Positions 21,393 through 30,625 of a DNA stretch of 64,000 nt are shown here, piece after piece. The notes beneath the pieces were generated by a model that was not told where the DNA came from, made no database searches, and worked only from the letters and a program-made list of their open reading frames with translations. Numbering within the stretch: position 1 is the stretch's first letter; each line of letters opens with the position of its first letter. This stretch comes from Candidatus Latescibacterota bacterium (GTDB lineage Bacteria; Krumholzibacteriota; Krumholzibacteriia; WVZY01; JAKEHA01): assembly GCA_963707635.1 (NCBI GenBank), contig OY970173.1:960001-1024000 (forward strand). The letters run 5' to 3'. The position numbers were made by a program, and so were the translations under genes.

Positions 21393-22766
21393 CTACAACG
21401 CGAATCCGATCAGCATCTTGATGCGCCGGTATGTCATTTCCGTCGGTGTCGCCGTCGCCGGCAGCACGCCGCGCGATACCGGCGTGATCTCGACCGGCCG
21501 GCTCCCCCAGGTGAACCCACCGCCGAGCGTCAAGTCGATCCCTTTGATCGCGAAGGCGACGCCGCCGTTGATCTGGTAGAGGTCCCAGGACGTCAGCACG
21601 ATCGGGCGCTGCGAAAGTTCCTTCCAGGCGGAGTGATCGGTAATGAAGCTCGCGTACGCGGTCGTGCGCTCGCTGAACTTCTTCTCGAGTCCGAAGCCGA
21701 AATTCCAGACGTCCTTCAGCGCGTGGGCGTAGGTCATGTCGAAGGACGTCACCCCGGGGCCCGTATCGGGCGCGGGCGATTCGACCACCGTGTACTCGTC
21801 GACCGACGAGAACCACTCGACCGTGGCATGGATCGTGGACGAACCGAGCGGGCGCGATCCCCCGATTCCCACCGACAAGGGCGAATGGTACTCCGCGGAA
21901 AGGTCCTTGCCGAAGGACACGTTCGCCGCGGAATCGTCGGTCCCGTTCCCGTCGACGTCACCGACCACCGACTGATTGACGACGACCTCTCCGGATCCGA
22001 ATACCTCGAGCCCCCGCGTCGTCACCGTGACGCCGAACGTGCTTCCCGCGAATTCGGCGGACACGCCGAATTTGCCCAGCAGGCGAAACGTCTGGTAGTC
22101 GACCTCGTTGACGTAGAGAAGCATGGTTCCGTAGTCGTTGTTGCCGATCGCCTCGATCGACTGTTGCGTCCGCGTTCGCTGCGAACGATACGCGCCGTAG
22201 AGACTCGCGCCCACGCCGAACCGGTCTCCCGCACGCGATGACCAGGTGGCCCCGCCCCAGTTCTCGGTGAGATTCTGATCGAGGATGATCTCCCCGCCGA
22301 TGGAGAGGGTGTCACCCGGGGTGTCCAGGCCGACGAGGACCCCGTCGCGCGAGTCCAGGCGAAAATCGAGCTGCTGGCGGGTCAAGAACGAGTACCCCCA
22401 CGTGTCGCCGAACCACTTGACCGGCAGGAGGCCGGCGATCAGGCTCGGCGCCGGGCCCACCGTGCGCGAAGCCAGCGCGTCGGCGTCGCTTTCGGAGTCG
22501 GACAGACGGATGGTCTGTATTTGAAAAACGCTGGCCGTGAGGATGAACGACGGGTCCTTGACCAGGCACAGCGATCCCGGGTTGTAATACGTCGCGCTCA
22601 TGTCGACGGCGCTTCCCACCACCACACCGCCCAAGAGCTCACCGCGTGTTCCGTACTGGAGATTCCAGTAGTGGGTGTCCTGGGCGACGGCGGCGCTACC
22701 GATCGTGAGCAAGCCGAGGCACAATGCGAACGTTCGGGGAAGCCTGCGAAACAATGTAGCCGTCAT
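21393..22766 (-). CDS. Outer-membrane beta-barrel protein (FadL/long-chain fatty-acid channel-like)
   Basis: GGAGG RBS; signal peptide ending AVA-Q; N-terminal D.SA.YYNP motif; alternating amphipathic beta strands. Confidence 0.7.
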   Translation of the reverse strand: MTATLFRRLPRTFALCLGLLTIGSAAVAQDTHYWNLQYGTRGELLGGVVVGSAVDMSATYYNPGSLCLVKDPSFILTASVFQIQTIRLSDSESDADALASRTVGPAPSLIAGLLPVKWFGDTWGYSFLTRQQLDFRLDSRDGVLVGLDTPGDTLSIGGEIILDQNLTENWGGATWSSRAGDRFGVGASLYGAYRSQRTRTQQSIEAIGNNDYGTMLLYVNEVDYQTFRLLGKFGVSAEFAGSTFGVTVTTRGLEVFGSGEVVVNQSVVGDVDGNGTDDSAANVSFGKDLSAEYHSPLSVGIGGSRPLGSSTIHATVEWFSSVDEYTVVESPAPDTGPGVTSFDMTYAHALKDVWNFGFGLEKKFSERTTAYASFITDHSAWKELSQRPIVLTSWDLYQINGGVAFAIKGIDLTLGGGFTWGSRPVEITPVSRGVLPATATPTEMTYRRIKMLIGFAL

Positions 22767-22886
22767 GATTTTCCTCCTGGCGCACGGCCAGCCTAGCACG
22801 TGGCCGCGTGATACGTAAGCAACGGTCCGGGTGTGACGCCATATTCCGCGCTCGGGGCATCCCGCGATCATGTACAATTATTGCAG

Positions 22887-24428
22887 ATGGCCACCCGACT
22901 GCTCGTCATCGGCGCCGACGCCCTCGATAAGGACCTGGTCCTGCGCTGGGCTGACGAGGGCGTGCTCCCCGGGTTTCGCCGCCTGCTGGAGACCTCCGCG
23001 TGGGGGGTCACGGAGGCCCCGCCGGGGCTCTTCGTCGGCGCGGTCTGGCCGTCGTTCTGGACGGCGACATCGCCTGCCCGCCACGCCCGCTATTGCTTCG
23101 AGCAGCTCAAGCCCGGCACCTACGAGCGAGTCCGTATCCATCCGACCGACACCCAGGCGCCCGCATTCTGGCAGGCGCTGAGCAGCGCCGGCAAACGCGT
23201 CGCCATCCTCGACGTTCCCAAGACCTACGTCGAGAACGGCCTCAACGGGCTCCAGGTGGTCGATTGGGGCACGCACGACCCCGACTTCGCGGGTCCGCTG
23301 ACCTGGCCGGAGCCGTTCGCGAACGAGGTGCTCTCGCGCTACGGTCGCGACGAAGTCGGCAACTGCAACGCGCACGGCCGCGCGGGGGAGTACGCGAAGC
23401 TGCGTGACCAGCTGGTGGCGCGGACCCGCGCGCGCGGGCGCATGATCACGGATGTGATCGGCCAGGGCGACTGGGACGCCGTGGTCGCGGTCTTCAGCGA
23501 GAGCCACTGCGTGGGGCACCAGTGCTGGCACCTGCACGATGTCTCGCACCCCCGCCACGACGCGGCGGTGGCGCGCGAAGTCGGGAGCCCGATGCGCGAC
23601 GTGTATCGCGCCATCGACGCCGAAATCGGCCGCATCCTCGACGCGGCGGGCCCGTCGACCGACGTGATCGTGTTCGGCAGCCACGGCATGCGGTCGCACT
23701 TCGACGCCACCTTTCTCCTGGATGAAATGCTGCGCCGGATCGAGCGCCCGGGCGCCCCATCCCCGGGGCCCAAGAAGCGCCGCCCCCTTGCCAAGCGCAT
23801 GTGGGGCCGCATTCCGGCGCCGGTGCGCCGCGTGCTCGCGCCGCTCAAGGAGCCGGCGAAGGCGCGCCTCGGGATCGAAGGGCCGGCCGCGCGCCGCTGT
23901 TTCGCCGTCCCGAACAACGACGCGTATGGAGCGGTGCGGGTGAATCTCATCGGGCGGGAACCGTCGGGCCGGGTGCGCACGGAAGACCTGGATGCCTTCT
24001 GCCGCGACCTCGAGCGGGACCTGAAAAGCTTCGTCAACCTCGACACCGGTGAGCCGCTGGTGCGCGGCGTCATGCGCGCGGCGGATTTCTACCGCGGCCC
24101 GAACATGGAACACCTCCCGGATCTCATCATCGAATGGAATCGCGACACGCCGGTGTCGCGCGTGCACTCGGAAAAAACCGGCGAGATCGTCGGGACCTAC
24201 ACAAAGTGCCGGACGGGCGACCACTCTCCTTTCGGGGTGTTTTTCGCGCGGGGCGCGCGCGTAAAGCCGGGGCCCGTCCGGCGCTCGTTCTCCGTGATGG
24301 ACTACGGGCCGACCATCGCCGACCGCCTCGGGGTTCCGCTGGCCGACGTCGACGGTCGCTCGTTCGCGGCACTCTTCGACGGGGCGGCGTTGGAGCCCCC
24401 CGCGAGCGTCTCACGCGCGAGCGAATGA
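22887..24428 (+). CDS. Alkaline phosphatase / nucleotide pyrophosphatase-phosphodiesterase family protein
   Basis: LLVIGADA, WPSFWT, VGHQCWH, GSHGM, TGDH. Confidence 0.85.
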   Translation: MATRLLVIGADALDKDLVLRWADEGVLPGFRRLLETSAWGVTEAPPGLFVGAVWPSFWTATSPARHARYCFEQLKPGTYERVRIHPTDTQAPAFWQALSSAGKRVAILDVPKTYVENGLNGLQVVDWGTHDPDFAGPLTWPEPFANEVLSRYGRDEVGNCNAHGRAGEYAKLRDQLVARTRARGRMITDVIGQGDWDAVVAVFSESHCVGHQCWHLHDVSHPRHDAAVAREVGSPMRDVYRAIDAEIGRILDAAGPSTDVIVFGSHGMRSHFDATFLLDEMLRRIERPGAPSPGPKKRRPLAKRMWGRIPAPVRRVLAPLKEPAKARLGIEGPAARRCFAVPNNDAYGAVRVNLIGREPSGRVRTEDLDAFCRDLERDLKSFVNLDTGEPLVRGVMRAADFYRGPNMEHLPDLIIEWNRDTPVSRVHSEKTGEIVGTYTKCRTGDHSPFGVFFARGARVKPGPVRRSFSVMDYGPTIADRLGVPLADVDGRSFAALFDGAALEPPASVSRASE

Positions 24429-25567
24429 AGCGCCGTATTTCCGTCCTCGTGCCCAGTCTGTGTCGCGGCGGGATGACGCGCGCGTACACGATCGCGGGCG
24501 CGCTGACCCACGCGGGCGCCGAGGTCGAGATCGTCGGGCCGCTGCCGCGCGGAGCCATCGTCTACCCCGAACCCGCGCCGGGCACCACGATTCACCGGGT
24601 GCCCGAGTCTCCGTTTGCCGGCCGGGCGGTGGCGACGGCGCGGGTCGCGACCGGCGACATTCTGTACGCGGTCAAACCGCGCGCGACCAGCTTCGGGGTG
24701 GCACTCCTGTGCCGCGGGGGCCGCCCCCTCGTCGTGGACATCGACGACTTCGAGGCCGGCTTCGCACTTGAGCGGCGCGCGCGCGGGTCGCTGCCGGGTC
24801 GCGCGCGCAAGGCTCTGCGCCGCGTGCGCAATCTGGATCACCCGGATTACACGCGCTGGATGGAGCGCTGGCTCGCCCATGCCGACGCGATCACGGCGAA
24901 CACGCATTTCCTCGCGGAGCGCTACCGGGCCACGTATCTGCCCAGCGCGCGGGATACGACCCAATTCGACCCCGCGCGGTTCGACGCCGATCAGTGCCGC
25001 CGTGACCTCGGGCTGGCCGATTTCCGCGTCGTGATGTTCCCGGGGACGCCGCGCGTGCACAAAGGGGTCGAGGACGCAGTGGCGGCGCTCGATCGCCTCG
25101 GCTGGTCCGACGCGCGTCTGGTGCTGGTGGGCGGCCGCGAGGTCGGAGACGACGTCGCCGACGATCTCGCGCGGCGCTACCCGAAATGGGTCGTCCGCCT
25201 GGGCAGGTTCGGGGTCGCGGACATGCCGCGCGTGGTGGCCGCCGCGCACGTCGTGGTCGTCCCGCAGCGCGACACCGCGGTCGCGCGCGCGCAGTTCCCG
25301 ATGAAGCTGACCGACGCGATGGCGATGGCGAAGCCGATCGTCGCGACGCGGGTCGGCGACATCGCCGACGCACTCGACGGCGCGGCATGGCTGGTGCCGC
25401 CGTCCTCTCCCGATGCGATCGCACAGGCGCTGGCGGAGATCTTCGCCGACCCGGGCGAGGCGGCCCGCCGCGGCCGCGCGGCGCGCCAGCGCTGCGAGGA
25501 ACGATTCAGTTTCGCCGCCGCCGGGCGCGTCCTGGCGGAAGTGATCGAGCGAGTCAGCGGCGCCTGA
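24425..25567 (+). CDS. Glycosyltransferase family 4
   Basis: HKGV, FPMKLTDAMAMAKPIVATRVGD; ATGA overlap with the upstream gene. Confidence 0.88.
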   Translation: MKRRISVLVPSLCRGGMTRAYTIAGALTHAGAEVEIVGPLPRGAIVYPEPAPGTTIHRVPESPFAGRAVATARVATGDILYAVKPRATSFGVALLCRGGRPLVVDIDDFEAGFALERRARGSLPGRARKALRRVRNLDHPDYTRWMERWLAHADAITANTHFLAERYRATYLPSARDTTQFDPARFDADQCRRDLGLADFRVVMFPGTPRVHKGVEDAVAALDRLGWSDARLVLVGGREVGDDVADDLARRYPKWVVRLGRFGVADMPRVVAAAHVVVVPQRDTAVARAQFPMKLTDAMAMAKPIVATRVGDIADALDGAAWLVPPSSPDAIAQALAEIFADPGEAARRGRAARQRCEERFSFAAAGRVLAEVIERVSGA

Positions 25568-25570
25568 CGG

Positions 25571-25707
25571 ATGCAGGTCCTGTGTCGACAGCCCGAGGCG
25601 GCTCGTTTCGTCCGCGCCTTCGCACTAGACTCAGCGCCGGGGCGCCGTCGGCGCGACCCGCTAGTGCCCGGCAAGAGGACCCGCGAAGCTGTAGGGCATG
25701 GATTTGC
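25571..25707. repeat. Structured intergenic repeat family B, copy 1
   Basis: Colinear similarity to 49422-49573 (ATGCRGGTCCTGT..ACAGCCC..GGCTCG..CGCGCCTYCGCACT..GGGCGCC..ACCCGC..CCGG..ACCCGC..GCTGYAGGG). Confidence 0.6.
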
Positions 25708-25724
25708 CCCGATCGCCAAAGGCT

Positions 25725-25753
25725 TTGACGGCTGCGGAGACTTGCCGTAGGCT
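25725..25753 (+). promoter_or_regulatory. Putative sigma70 promoter of the nucleotide-sugar operon
   Basis: TTGACG-17 nt-TAGGCT. Confidence 0.5.
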
Positions 25754-25789
25754 CACAGGCCGAAGTCTTTCCCTGGCCGACGTGAAAGG

Positions 25790-26752
25790 TTGCCCTCTTT
25801 GCGCGTCCTCATAACCGGAGTCACCGGCTTTGCCGGGAGTCACCTGGCCGACTACTGCCTCGAACGGGGCGGGGTCGACCTGCACGGCATCATCCGCTGG
25901 CGAAGCCGGACTGAGAACATCGAGCACCTCGACGGCAAGATCGCGCTCCACGAGTGCGACCTGCGCGACGCCACCTCGACGCGCGACGTGGTCGAGGAAG
26001 TCCACCCCGACTACATCTTCCACCTGGCCGCCCAGAGCTTCGTGCCCACGTCGTGGAGGGCCCCGGCCGAGAGCCTCATCACCAACGTGATCGGCCAGCT
26101 CAACATTTTCGAAGCCGTGCGCAAGATCGGGCTCAAGTGCCGCATCCAGCTCGCGTGCTCGAGCGAAGAGTACGGCATGGTCCTCGAGCACGAGGTGCCG
26201 ATCAAGGAAACCAACCCGCTGCGACCCCTTTCTCCCTACGGGGTGAGCAAGGTGGGGCAGGACCTGCTCGGCTACCAGTACTTCATGAGCTACCAGATGG
26301 ACATCGTGCGCACGCGCGGCTTCAACCACGAGGGGCCGCGCCGGGCCCCGGTGTTCGTGATGAGCGATTTCGCCAAGCAGATCGCCGCGATCGAACGCGG
26401 CAAACAGCCGCCCGTCCTGCGCGTGGGCAACCTCGACGCCAAACGCGATTTCACCGACGTGCGCGACATGGTGCGCGCGTACTGGCTCTCGCTGGAGAAG
26501 GGCAAACCCGGGGAGGCGTACAACATCTGCCAGGAGAAGTGCTGGTCGATCCGCGACATGCTCGACGCGTTGCTGAAGCTCACCCGGGCGAAGATCCGCG
26601 TCGAGACCGACCCCGCGCGGCTGCGGCCGTCGGACGTGATGCTGCTGCTCGGCGACTGCTCCAAGTTTCGGGCCGATACCGGCTGGCGGCCGGTGATTCC
26701 ATTCGAGCAAACCTTGCGCGATACGCTGGACTACTGGCGGGAAAGGCCTTAG
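25790..26752 (+). CDS. GDP-mannose 4,6-dehydratase / Rmd-family extended SDR
   Basis: ITGVTGFAGSHL, HLAAQSFV, SSEEYG, SPYGVSK, FNHEGPRR, RLRPSDV. Confidence 0.88.
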   Translation: MPSLRVLITGVTGFAGSHLADYCLERGGVDLHGIIRWRSRTENIEHLDGKIALHECDLRDATSTRDVVEEVHPDYIFHLAAQSFVPTSWRAPAESLITNVIGQLNIFEAVRKIGLKCRIQLACSSEEYGMVLEHEVPIKETNPLRPLSPYGVSKVGQDLLGYQYFMSYQMDIVRTRGFNHEGPRRAPVFVMSDFAKQIAAIERGKQPPVLRVGNLDAKRDFTDVRDMVRAYWLSLEKGKPGEAYNICQEKCWSIRDMLDALLKLTRAKIRVETDPARLRPSDVMLLLGDCSKFRADTGWRPVIPFEQTLRDTLDYWRERP

Positions 26753-26761
26753 GCGATTCAT

Positions 26762-27706
26762 ATGCCCCGAGCGCTGGTCACCGGATGCAATGGTTTCGTG
26801 GGGGGTGCGCTCGTGGAACGGCTCGCTGGGGGCGGCTACGACGTCTACGGCGTCGATCGCTCGGCCGGGACGGGCGCGTTCCGCGGCAAGACGCGCCTCA
26901 CGGGCGACCTGACCGACGCGGGGTTCGCCACCCGCGCCGTCATGGAGGCGACGCCCGACTGCATCATCCATCTCGCGGCGCAGTCGAGTGTGAAGCGCTC
27001 GTTCGAGGAGCCGGCCGAGACGCTGCGCGACAACACGGTGCCGGCGCTCAACATCCTGGAGTCCGTCCGTCGCGCCGGAGCGCATACGCGCGTGCTCTTG
27101 ATCGGCTCGGCCGACGAGTACGGCACCGTCGATGCGGACCGGCTGCCGCTGGTCGAATCGACGTCCGTGAACCCGGAGAGCCCGTACGCGCTCGCGAAGT
27201 CGATGCAGAATCAGTACGGGCGCATGTTCGCGAAGCTCTTCGGGGTGGACGTCCTGATGACGCGCAGCTTCAACCACACCGGGCCCGGTCAGCGCGACAG
27301 CTTCGTGCTGTCGAACTTCGCGAAGCAGGTGGCCGAGATCAAGCGCGGCGCGCGCGAGGCCGTGATCGACGTCGGTAATGTAGACGTGCGCCGCGATTTC
27401 CTCGACGTGCGCGACGTGTGCGACGGCTACGTCGTGCTGCTGCAGAAGGGGCGTTCGGGGGAGACCTACAACGTCTGCTCGGGCCGGTCGTACCGGGTGG
27501 GCGACCTCCTCGACCAGTTGTGCGCCATCGCGGGCGTGCGGGTGCAGATCCGGGTCGACGAGTCGCGGCTGCGGCCCGTCGACATGCCGGAGCTGCGCGG
27601 CGACCCGTCGAAGATGCGCGAGCACACCGGCTGGACGGCGCGCCGTCCCATCAACGAGACGCTGCGAGCCCTGCTGGAATACTGGGACAAGGGAGCGAAT
27701 GGTTAG
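26762..27706 (+). CDS. GDP-mannose 4,6-dehydratase / Rmd-family extended SDR (paralog)
   Basis: VTGCNGFVG, HLAAQSSV, SADEYG, SPYALAK, FNHTGPGQ. Confidence 0.85.
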   Translation: MPRALVTGCNGFVGGALVERLAGGGYDVYGVDRSAGTGAFRGKTRLTGDLTDAGFATRAVMEATPDCIIHLAAQSSVKRSFEEPAETLRDNTVPALNILESVRRAGAHTRVLLIGSADEYGTVDADRLPLVESTSVNPESPYALAKSMQNQYGRMFAKLFGVDVLMTRSFNHTGPGQRDSFVLSNFAKQVAEIKRGAREAVIDVGNVDVRRDFLDVRDVCDGYVVLLQKGRSGETYNVCSGRSYRVGDLLDQLCAIAGVRVQIRVDESRLRPVDMPELRGDPSKMREHTGWTARRPINETLRALLEYWDKGANG

Positions 27707-29012
27707 AATCTGCATGATCGGCACGGGCTACGTGGGGCTGGTGAGCGGCGCGTGCTTTGCCGACTTCGGCCACAGCGTTACCTGCGTCGACATCGACCAG
27801 GCGCGCATCGAGGGGCTCGGACGCGGGGAGATCCCGATCTACGAGCCGGGCCTGAAGGACGTCGTCACGCGCAACGTGGAGAGCGAGCGTCTCGCGTTCA
27901 CCACTCGGCTCGACGCCGCGGTCGGCGGCGCGCAGGTCGTGTTCATCGCGGTGGGGACACCGGCACTCGCGGACGGCGCCACCGACCTCGCGTTCGTGTT
28001 CGACGCGGCCCGCGACCTCGCGCGGCACCTGTCCGGCTACACGGTCGTGGTCCAGAAGAGCACCGCGCCGGTCGGCACTGCGCGCCGGGTGGCCGCAGTG
28101 ATCCGGGAGGGCAAGCCCGCGGACGCCGAGTTCGACATCGCGTCCAACCCGGAGTTCCTCCGCGAAGGATCCGCCGTCGGGGACTTCATGCGGCCCGACC
28201 GCGTCGTGGTCGGCGCCGAGACCGATCGCGCGCGCGAGACCATGGAGCAGGTGTACCGGCCGCTATACCTGCTGGAGACGCCGATCGTCTCCACGTCGCT
28301 CGAGTCGGCCGAGATGATCAAGTACGCGTCCAACGCGTTCCTCGCGACCAAGATTTCGTTCATCAACGAGATGGCGCGGATCTGCGAGCTGACCGGCGCG
28401 ACGGTGGACGACGTGGCGCGCGGCATGGGGCTCGACGGGCGCATCGGGAAGAAGTTCCTCCACGCCGGCATCGGCTACGGGGGCTCCTGCCTGCCCAAGG
28501 ACGTGTCGTCCCTGATCCACGCCGCCCGCGAGCACGGCTACGACGCCCCGCTGATCCGCGCGGCGCACACGATCAACCACGAGCTGGTCGACCGGGCGCT
28601 GGAGAAACTCTCGCGCGGCCTGGGCGGATTGAACGGCAAGGCGGTGGGTCTGCTCGGGCTGGCGTTCAAGCCCAACACCGACGACCTCCGCGAGGCGCCG
28701 GCCTTGCGCATCGTGCACGAGCTCCTCAAGGCCGGGGCGCGGGTGAAGGTCTACGACCCGGTGGCGATGGAGAAGTTCCGCCGCACCATGAAGGCGCCGG
28801 TCGAATTCGGCAAGAGCGCCTACGAGACCGCCGAGGGCGCGGACGCGATGGTGCTGGTGACGGAGTGGAACGAGTTCCGCCAGCTCGACTTCGAGCGGCT
28901 GAAGAAGCTCATGCGCGGAAACGTGTTCGTCGATTGCCGGAACGTTTACTCGCCGGACCGGCTGGAAAAGATCGGGTTCAAGTACGAGTCATTCGGGAGA
29001 GGAAAAGCATGA
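27699..29012 (+). CDS. ugd: UDP-glucose/GDP-mannose dehydrogenase
   Basis: GTGYVGL, SNPEFLREG, KYASNAFLATKISFINE, GYGGSCLPKD, FKPNTDDLRE. Confidence 0.93.
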   Translation: MVRICMIGTGYVGLVSGACFADFGHSVTCVDIDQARIEGLGRGEIPIYEPGLKDVVTRNVESERLAFTTRLDAAVGGAQVVFIAVGTPALADGATDLAFVFDAARDLARHLSGYTVVVQKSTAPVGTARRVAAVIREGKPADAEFDIASNPEFLREGSAVGDFMRPDRVVVGAETDRARETMEQVYRPLYLLETPIVSTSLESAEMIKYASNAFLATKISFINEMARICELTGATVDDVARGMGLDGRIGKKFLHAGIGYGGSCLPKDVSSLIHAAREHGYDAPLIRAAHTINHELVDRALEKLSRGLGGLNGKAVGLLGLAFKPNTDDLREAPALRIVHELLKAGARVKVYDPVAMEKFRRTMKAPVEFGKSAYETAEGADAMVLVTEWNEFRQLDFERLKKLMRGNVFVDCRNVYSPDRLEKIGFKYESFGRGKA

Positions 29013-29470
29013 AGCTCATCGACGGCGTCCGCGTCAAACAGCTCAAGGTGATCCCCGACGAGCGCGGGTTTCTGATGGAAATGCTCCGCTCCGACGACGA
29101 ATTCTTCCAGAAGTTCGGGCAGGCGTACCTGACCGTCGCCTACCCGGGCGTGGTCAAGGGCTGGCATTACCACCGCAAGCAGACCGATCACTTCGTGTGC
29201 GTGCACGGGATGCTCAAGGTGGTGCTCTACGACCGCCGCGAGAAGTCGCCCACGCAGGGGCTGGTGAACGAGTTCTTCATGGGCGAGCGCAACCCGATCC
29301 TGCTGGTGATTCCGCCGCTCGTGCTCCACGGCATGAAGGGGATCGGCACGACGCCGGGCTTCCTCATTAACATTCCGACCGAGCTGTACAACTACAAGGA
29401 ACCGGACGAATTCCGCGTCGACCCCCACGACAACGACGTCCCCTACGACTGGAACCGCAAAGACGGCTGA
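29009..29470 (+). CDS. rfbC: dTDP-4-dehydrorhamnose 3,5-epimerase family (cupin)
   Basis: DERGFLME, PGVVKGWHYH, IPPLVLHG; ATG at 29009. Confidence 0.8.
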   Translation: MKLIDGVRVKQLKVIPDERGFLMEMLRSDDEFFQKFGQAYLTVAYPGVVKGWHYHRKQTDHFVCVHGMLKVVLYDRREKSPTQGLVNEFFMGERNPILLVIPPLVLHGMKGIGTTPGFLINIPTELYNYKEPDEFRVDPHDNDVPYDWNRKDG

Positions 29471-29486
29471 CGCCCGGTTGTCCACC

Positions 29487-30524
29487 ATGCCGTTCAAGTC
29501 CATCCTCGTCACCGGCGGAGCCGGCTTCATCGGCTCGAACTTCGTGCGCATGATCGCGAACGAACAGCCGGGGTGCGCGGTCACGGTCCTGGACGCGCTC
29601 ACCTACGCCGGCAACCTGGAGAACATCGCCGAGCTGGTCGACGCGAAGCGCGTGCGGTTCATTCGCGGGAACATCTGCGACCCCGCCGCGGTGCGCGCCG
29701 CGATGGACGGCTGCGAAGTGGTGTTCAATTTCGCGGCCGAGACGCACGTGGACCGCTCGATCGAAGAGGCGGCGTCGTTCATCGAGACCGATATCCAGGG
29801 GACGTACACGCTCCTGAATCACGCGCGCGAGCTCCAGGTGCGGCGCTACGTACAGATCTCGACCGACGAGGTGTACGGGTCGAGCGCGGGCGAAGGGTTC
29901 AGCGAGGAATCGCCGCTGCGGCCGGGCAACCCGTACAGCGCCAGCAAGTGCGGCGGCGACCTCATGTGCCTCGCCTACGCCAACACCTACCGGCTGCCGA
30001 TCGTGATCACGCGCAGCTCGAACAACTTCGGGCCCTATCAGCACGTGGAGAAGTTCATCCCGCTCTTTACCACCAACGCCATGGAGGGGAAGGACCTTCC
30101 GCTCTACGGGGACGGGATGCACCACCGCGACTGGATCTTCGTGGACGACAACTGCCGCGCGATCGCGCTGGTGGCGGAGAAGGGCAACGACGGCGAGGTC
30201 TACAATATCGCGGTGGGCAACAGCCAGCCCAACCTGCGGGTCGCGGAGTTGATCCTCCAGCACGTCGGCGACACGAAGTCCCGCATCGTCTTCATCGAAG
30301 ACCGCAAGGGCCACGACCGCATGTACAAGCTCGCCGCCGCGAAGGTGCGCGCGCTGGGCTGGGCGCCGGCCACCGATTTCGCGGTGGGGATGGAAAAGAC
30401 GGTGCGCTGGTACGTCGAGAACCGCGGCTGGTGGGAGCGGGTGAAGTCGGGCGCGTTTCGCGACTACTACGAGAAGCACTACGGCGCGCGGCTGGCGAAA
30501 GGGAAGGCGAAGGGTAGTCCGTGA
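29487..30524 (+). CDS. rfbB: dTDP-glucose 4,6-dehydratase
   Basis: TGGAGFIGSNF, DALTYAGN, FAAETHVDRSI, STDEVYG, PYSASK. Confidence 0.95.
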   Translation: MPFKSILVTGGAGFIGSNFVRMIANEQPGCAVTVLDALTYAGNLENIAELVDAKRVRFIRGNICDPAAVRAAMDGCEVVFNFAAETHVDRSIEEAASFIETDIQGTYTLLNHARELQVRRYVQISTDEVYGSSAGEGFSEESPLRPGNPYSASKCGGDLMCLAYANTYRLPIVITRSSNNFGPYQHVEKFIPLFTTNAMEGKDLPLYGDGMHHRDWIFVDDNCRAIALVAEKGNDGEVYNIAVGNSQPNLRVAELILQHVGDTKSRIVFIEDRKGHDRMYKLAAAKVRALGWAPATDFAVGMEKTVRWYVENRGWWERVKSGAFRDYYEKHYGARLAKGKAKGSP

Positions 30525-30614
30525 GGCAGCGTGGCTCACTCTCCCGCTCAGGTCCTCGCGCGCGATGGTTGAAAGCGCGCTGCGGATTCGCGTGCGAGTG
30601 AACCACGCTGCCTC
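30523..30614 (-). repeat. Structured intergenic repeat family A, copy 3
   Basis: On the minus strand, a 19-bp stem GAGGCAGCGTGGTTCACTC encloses GAATCCGCAG-CGCGC-TTTCAACCATC-GCGCG-CGAGGAC. Confidence 0.8.
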
Positions 30615-30625
30615 GCACCGTTGAG

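Noticed and set aside
25604..25636. Minus-strand CTGA-GTCT..GGAC-GAAAC resembling a hammerhead ribozyme core
   Set aside because: It lacks the NGA of CUGANGA, no convincing stems I/III were found, and the second family-B copy does not keep the motif.
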